The notes under the pieces are model-generated. The model made no database searches and was not told the DNA's origin. It worked only from the letters and a program-made list of their open reading frames with translations. DNA of 64,000 nucleotides from Macrostomum lignano (taxonomy: Eukaryota). Positions within the stretch are counted from its first letter, which is position 1. Every line of letters starts with the position of its first letter. The position numbers and the translations under genes are program-made. Below, one piece after another: positions 56,838 through 64,000 of the stretch. The stretch spans positions 186,001-250,000 of the forward strand of contig NIVC01001124.1 in assembly GCA_002269645.1 (NCBI GenBank). Reading direction: 5' to 3'.

Positions 56838-58874
56838 CCTATAGTAATACTAGGCCCTATTAGATTCAATAATCTTACTTTTATTAGCAATACAATTAAA
56901 AATCAATTTTATATTGCAGTCAAAAATAAAAGCTTTTATTCAATTTTATATTGCAGTAAAAAATTACATTTTATTTTATAACTCCATACTTATACACCAA
57001 CTATGATCAGAAGATAAATAAATAGGCTAGCCACCTATGATTCATGAAAAAAGCTAGCTACTCTATGAATTTCTTATATTCAAGCAAAATATTATATGAC
57101 AATATTTATATTTTCAGTTTACAATAGATAGATAGATACCGACAGACCATTTTTAGCATATGGATCTTTTGAGTTAAAAACCACAGCTCAGGTTCATCTG
57201 AGATGCTAGCTCGATCAATTTTGTATAATTGCAACCAGTTTTAGTTTTCTTCATTGACAGTTAAATGAAATTTCGACCTGTTTTCTTTTGGATGGACATG
57301 GATGGCTAGCATTGAATAAAGAATGAACGTTTAGCTCATACTACAAGGAAATCACAAATTAAGATTGTGTACACATAAAAAGCAAACCAAGCCGTTTGGT
57401 TATTGGTATAATGTCTAAATGAAAACGATTCATAAAATTTATGAAATGTAAATTTTCTTCCTAGAATTTAGCATTGTGAAAAATAAAAGGAACTCATTTT
57501 TGCCTCTATCAGGCATATGCAACTTTAAACATTATGCATTTGATACTTGAATAATTTAGAGAAAAATTTAATAAAATGAAGTTTTTAAATGGTACTTTAT
57601 ATGTTTCGTTAGATTTTGTTAAGCAGGTTTTTTATTTTTACCGGTTTGCCGGTTTACCGGTTTTACTTTACACAGGCACGACAATTGACTGCAAAAATTG
57701 ACATATGTACTGTCAGCTATTTGACTGTGCGCCGGTTTAAATTATACCGGCTTTTTAGTAAAAGCAAAAAGAAAAGTTATTACTTTTTAAAAAACGTTTA
57801 AAAGAAGCAGGTTTTCTGGCATTCTATCGGCAAAAATATTTAAAATGTCAATCCCGGGATTGGGTCCGGGATCCCGGGATTGAGTCAAATTGCTTCGTCC
57901 GGGATCCCGGGATCGTAGAACAGCCGGGATTTGCAATGCCTAGTCACAGGCACTTTCCCGACGCGGGCCAAATTTTATGTCGGCAAGCATGCAACATGCG
58001 AGCCAATAATATCGGCGGGCATATTTCGGCGAGCAAACTTCGGTGGGAAAAAGGAGTAACTAACCTGCCAGCTTAGTGTCTCAATTTCACATCAGATTTC
58101 ACGTACAATATACGTACAATCCATAAATTGCAAATTTGTATTTTTGTCGCTGGCCCAACCTGTCTTTTTGTTCTGGATGTAAGGAAGGCTTATTATGCAG
58201 CGACACATGTGTGACGGTTTGAACTGTTGTAGATCGTTTTGTGTGCCGTCGTTGTGAAAGTCTTTACAAAAGAATAATGATTAATTATTGTATCAAATTG
58301 TTCATCTGTATGTATTGTTTGATATTTTAAGCAGTTTTAGTTTACGCTCTTTTTGTTTAAATCTCTATACTTAAATTTCAAATTACTATAAAACGTTTTG
58401 AATTTCGCCTCCAAGTTGGTTGTTTGGTTGGTCGCTCGATCGTCGCTCTTGAGTCTTGGCCTTGCACTGGCTCTAATACTTTTAATAGATAAATATATTG
58501 AATAGTTCGACAGTATTTCGACAGCTCGACCCTGTACCCCCTCGCTTAGTTCGCTACACTTGTTCATTATAGATGTGGGTCCTGATAGACAGCTACGCCA
58601 CTCATCAACATCAGTCGTCAGCAAAAGAAAATTAGGCCTACAACTTCGTCACACATGTATGTATTGACAGCGTATATTTTCTGTGCAATGCCCCCGAATC
58701 GACATCGAAAGCACGTGCAATAGTAAATATAGATTACCAGTTTTTAAATCAAACGGAAAAATTATTGTACATAATCAATTAATATCATGATGCGTCATAG
58801 TTTGAACCGAACTTTTGGGTTTTTCAGTGACAGCTGAGAATCTTTGCCGTGTCATTCTTTGACCTGATCGTTTT

Positions 58875-59010
58875 TGATCCAAGCCTTGACCTCATTCCCA
58901 TAACCGCATTTCTGACCCCAGCCTTGTCTTCATTCCCATAACCGCATTTCTGACCCCAGCCTTGTCTTCATTCCCATAACCGCATTTCTGACCCCAGCCT
59001 TGGCTTCATT
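58875..59010. repeat. ~39-bp unit, about 3 copies (ccagccttgtcttcattcccataaccgcatttctgacc)
   Basis: Direct reading. Confidence 0.85.
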
Positions 59011-59185
59011 CCCGCAATTTATTGTTTATTTAGCAATTCATTTAGCAATTTATTGTTGCCGAGTTGATGAGTTCAATGAGTTGTTGATCATCACTAATGA
59101 GAATTATTTCGCATGCGCAATGAGTATATCGCAGGTCCTCATCGATTCTGACAGCAAATTTTCACCGAAGACACTCAATCAGTAG

Positions 59186-61302
<2,117 letters not shown>

Positions 61303-61439
61303 TCGAACTCGCTACTTATTGGCTTTCATACAAACTAACAATGAGCTTCGATCGTGATTTAATTTAAAATTAGAAAATTTTGTTGTGCTTATGATGAATC
61401 AATTTCCTTTGATTTGCAATTGTTCCACTAATACTACTT

Positions 61440-61700
61440 ACTGAGATTCCCTTCAATGGAATACCTCTTAACTGGGATTTCATTGTCTGGGATTCCCCTA
61501 ACTGGAATTCCACTGACTGAGAATTAACTGACTGGGATTCTCCTTACTGGGATTTCCCTAATTGGGATTCCAGTAATTGGGATTTCCCTAATTGGGATTC
61601 CACCGACTGGGACTCCCTTAACTGGGATTCCACCGACTGGGATTCCACTAACTGGAATACCACTGACTAGGATTCCCCTAACCGGAATTCCCCTAACTTT
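61440..61700. repeat. Degenerate ~19-20-bp repeat (actgggattcccctaactgg)
   Basis: Direct reading. Confidence 0.85.
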
Positions 61701-62717
61701 TTCTAAAACCCTAATTGTTTCTGAAAACTAATAATATGTAAATTTTCAACCTGTTTTTCCCCATTTTTCATTCTTGGTGGCCGCAGGCAGAAACAAAGGA
61801 TTAAGGCACAGTAATTTAGAGCGCGATCGAATATTAACGACAGAAGCATTCGCAGAGATTTTATTACCTGTTTACATGCTGCTGACCGACAGGCGGTCGA
61901 GCTGGATTGGGCTGCAAATAATCCGAGGTCGACCCGCCATCCGAACTGAATTGATTTGTGAATGACGCCTCTCTACTATTATCGGATGCCTCCGGTGACC
62001 TGTTGATGTACTCGCCCGTTTGCCACAGGTGCCCCACGCCGCCAGTAGCCATTTTGGTTGAGTCCAGGTTAACTTTAATCCAAGAGGCTTTTCTTGTCTA
62101 GACTAGTAAATGTCCCGCGTATGGCCGCAGTTTTGTATCTTTATGATGTACGTGTGTGATGTACATGGAAGCGGGGGCATGCTATCTTTCCCTCTCTCTC
62201 TCCCCTCACTCTCTCACCCCTGTGCAGGGAAGTTCTACCAGGTGAAATGTCACCACCGAACTTTGTTTATATTGCGATTTATCAAGTAGCACTGAATAAA
62301 ATTACATCGAAAAACTTGGGACAGTTGCAAAACGTAAAATTTTGGCGAAAATTATTGCGCTATGTTTATGAAGCTTAGCGCAAACTTTTGTTAAACTTTT
62401 TCTGTACATATTTCACACGGATTCTTTCAAAGGTGCGTGTATATATTTTTCTAAACATCCGCCAACCACGTGATTTGACAGCAACCAAGTTTTGAATAAA
62501 GAAATGTATCAAGGTTAAAACAAAACAAAATGTAGTTTATTCAAATAGAAAGAGGTTTTAATCATGCAGGTGGACCTGGTGCTTTAGATCTCTTTTTCTT
62601 GAAGTAATCTTGAAGTAATCTTGCTTGAAGAGTCATAGTCGGTCAAATAGAGGCATAGCCAGTATTTTTTATTACATGAGGAGGCACATCTTTGTGTGCG
62701 CCCCAAGGCGACAGTGA

Positions 62718-62873
62718 AGGGGCGCCAGTATCAAGGGGCGCCAGTATCAATTGGGGCGCCAGTACCAAGGGGCACCAGTATCAAGGGCGCCAGTATCAAG
62801 GGGCGCCAGTATCAAGGGGCGCCAGTATCAAGGGGCGCCAGTATCAAGGGGCGCCAGTATCAAGGGGCGCCAG
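62718..62873. repeat. ~17-bp repeat (ggggcgccagtatcaa)
   Basis: Direct reading. Confidence 0.9.
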
Positions 62874-63264
62874 CAAAAAGGAGTGCCAGCACCATGAGCG
62901 CCTGCGGCATGAAGTGCTGCCAAAGACAATTAAAGTAGTTGCTGGGGAACTGCTAAAACTGAGAATGTGGAAGTAATAATTTTTGCCAGTCTATTGTTGA
63001 GACCACCCTTTATCCCGGTAGCTTCACCCCTGAAATGATCTCATAGAAACCATATTTAGAGCCGCAAATTGCGTTTTCATATAACAGAGAAACATATATG
63101 CACATGCAACATTTAATACAAGTTATAAATTAGCATTGCAAAGTAGCTATTGATGAAAACTAATTGACTCCATAAAAATGAAACACTGATTTTAAAAAAA
63201 AAGTATTTTAATCAGAACAAACTCAAACAGTACTGTATGTATATAGTGAAAACTACTGTCTCAT

Positions 63265-63510
63265 TCATACTGGCTGCCACTGTCGCATTTCTATTTCAAA
63301 GTAGGTCAGATGGCCGAGCCGGCTGATGGATTGGCCTGAATCTAAGCTACTAAAGGTCAGCACTGAGCCACGTCGCAGGTACCGAGTGCCGAAGATGGTG
63401 CAGTGCGTGTAGAGACCGAACACTGTCTCTATGCAGCTGATCCAGGACTGCCCGTTAACTTTAGCCGAAGTGTCAACTGGCACAGATGGGCTTGGATTCC
63501 AAAAAGTCAC
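63265..63510 (-). CDS. Terminal exon of a second TNF-superfamily ligand (upstream exons beyond the window end)
   Basis: Acceptor TTTCAAG|, then VTF...KVNGQSWISCIETV...YTHCTIFGTRYLRRGSVL...SISRLGHLTYFEI. Same strand pattern and phase-0 boundary as the last exon at 59437. Confidence 0.68.
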   Translation of the reverse strand: MTFWNPSPSVPVDTSAKVNGQSWISCIETVFGLYTHCTIFGTRYLRRGSVLTFSSLDSGQSISRLGHLTYFEIEMRQWQPV

Positions 63511-63609
63511 CTTGAAATTTATAAATTTATGAAACGTGAGAATTTGTTAGCCATTCGATTTTTAGACTGACTGCAGAGTAATTAAGGTAATGTGCTTTAT
63601 TGAGCAGAA

Positions 63610-64000
63610 TAAATTGGTGATGGATGAATTAGTGATGGATGAGTTGGTGATGGATGAATTGGTGATGGATGAGTTGGTGATGTATGAATTGGTGATGGAT
63701 GAGTTGCTGATGGATGAGTTGGTGATGGACTAATCGGTGATGGACTAATCGGTGATGGACTAAACGGTGACGGGACTAATCGGTGATGGGACTAACCGGT
63801 GATGGACGGATTGGTGATGGATGAATTAGTGATGGATGAATTGGTGATGTATGAATTGGTGATGGATGAGTTGGTGATGTATGAATTGGTGATGGATGAG
63901 TTGGTGATGGATGAATTGGTGATGGATGAGTTGGTGATGGATGAATTGGTGATGGATGAACTGGTGATGGATGAATTGGTGATGGATGAATTAGTGATGG
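63610..64000. repeat. 15-bp minisatellite (ggtgatggatgaatt), runs off the window
   Basis: Direct reading. Confidence 0.95.

Noticed and set aside
57620-57945. ACCGGT and ATCCCGGGAT palindrome clusters ending GCAATGCCTA
   Set aside because: They look like MITE subterminal repeats, but no matching left TIR or TSD was found.

Overview
Eukaryotic (metazoan) genomic DNA: GC3-rich spliced genes whose introns are filled with 15-60 bp minisatellites. The style resembles a macrostomid-type flatworm, but this is inference only. Host genes reconstructed by hand from splice signals and phase are: a syntaxin-6/10-like gene (-), fascin (+), LRSAM1 (-), a two-exon secreted cysteine-rich peptide precursor (+), RSKR/SGK494 kinase (-), and two tandem Eiger/EDA-like TNF-family ligand genes (-). 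The spliced peptide and TNF genes are not apparent from the ORF track. The main mobile element is a young, nearly intact 4.4 kb Ngaro-like tyrosine-recombinase retrotransposon (28579-33018) with split direct repeats. It has an N-terminal SAP domain, gag and RT/RNaseH in one frame separated by a single TGA-C, a phase-compatible donor/acceptor pair that would fuse the SAP leader to the recombinase, and a perfect 30-bp flanking duplication. Also present: two tRNA-derived SINEs with TSDs (one CORE/MIR-like), several hAT-type MITEs, a truncated LINE nested in a MITE TIR, and more than 25 tandem arrays. All alignments to known proteins are from memory and by eye; no database searches were run.
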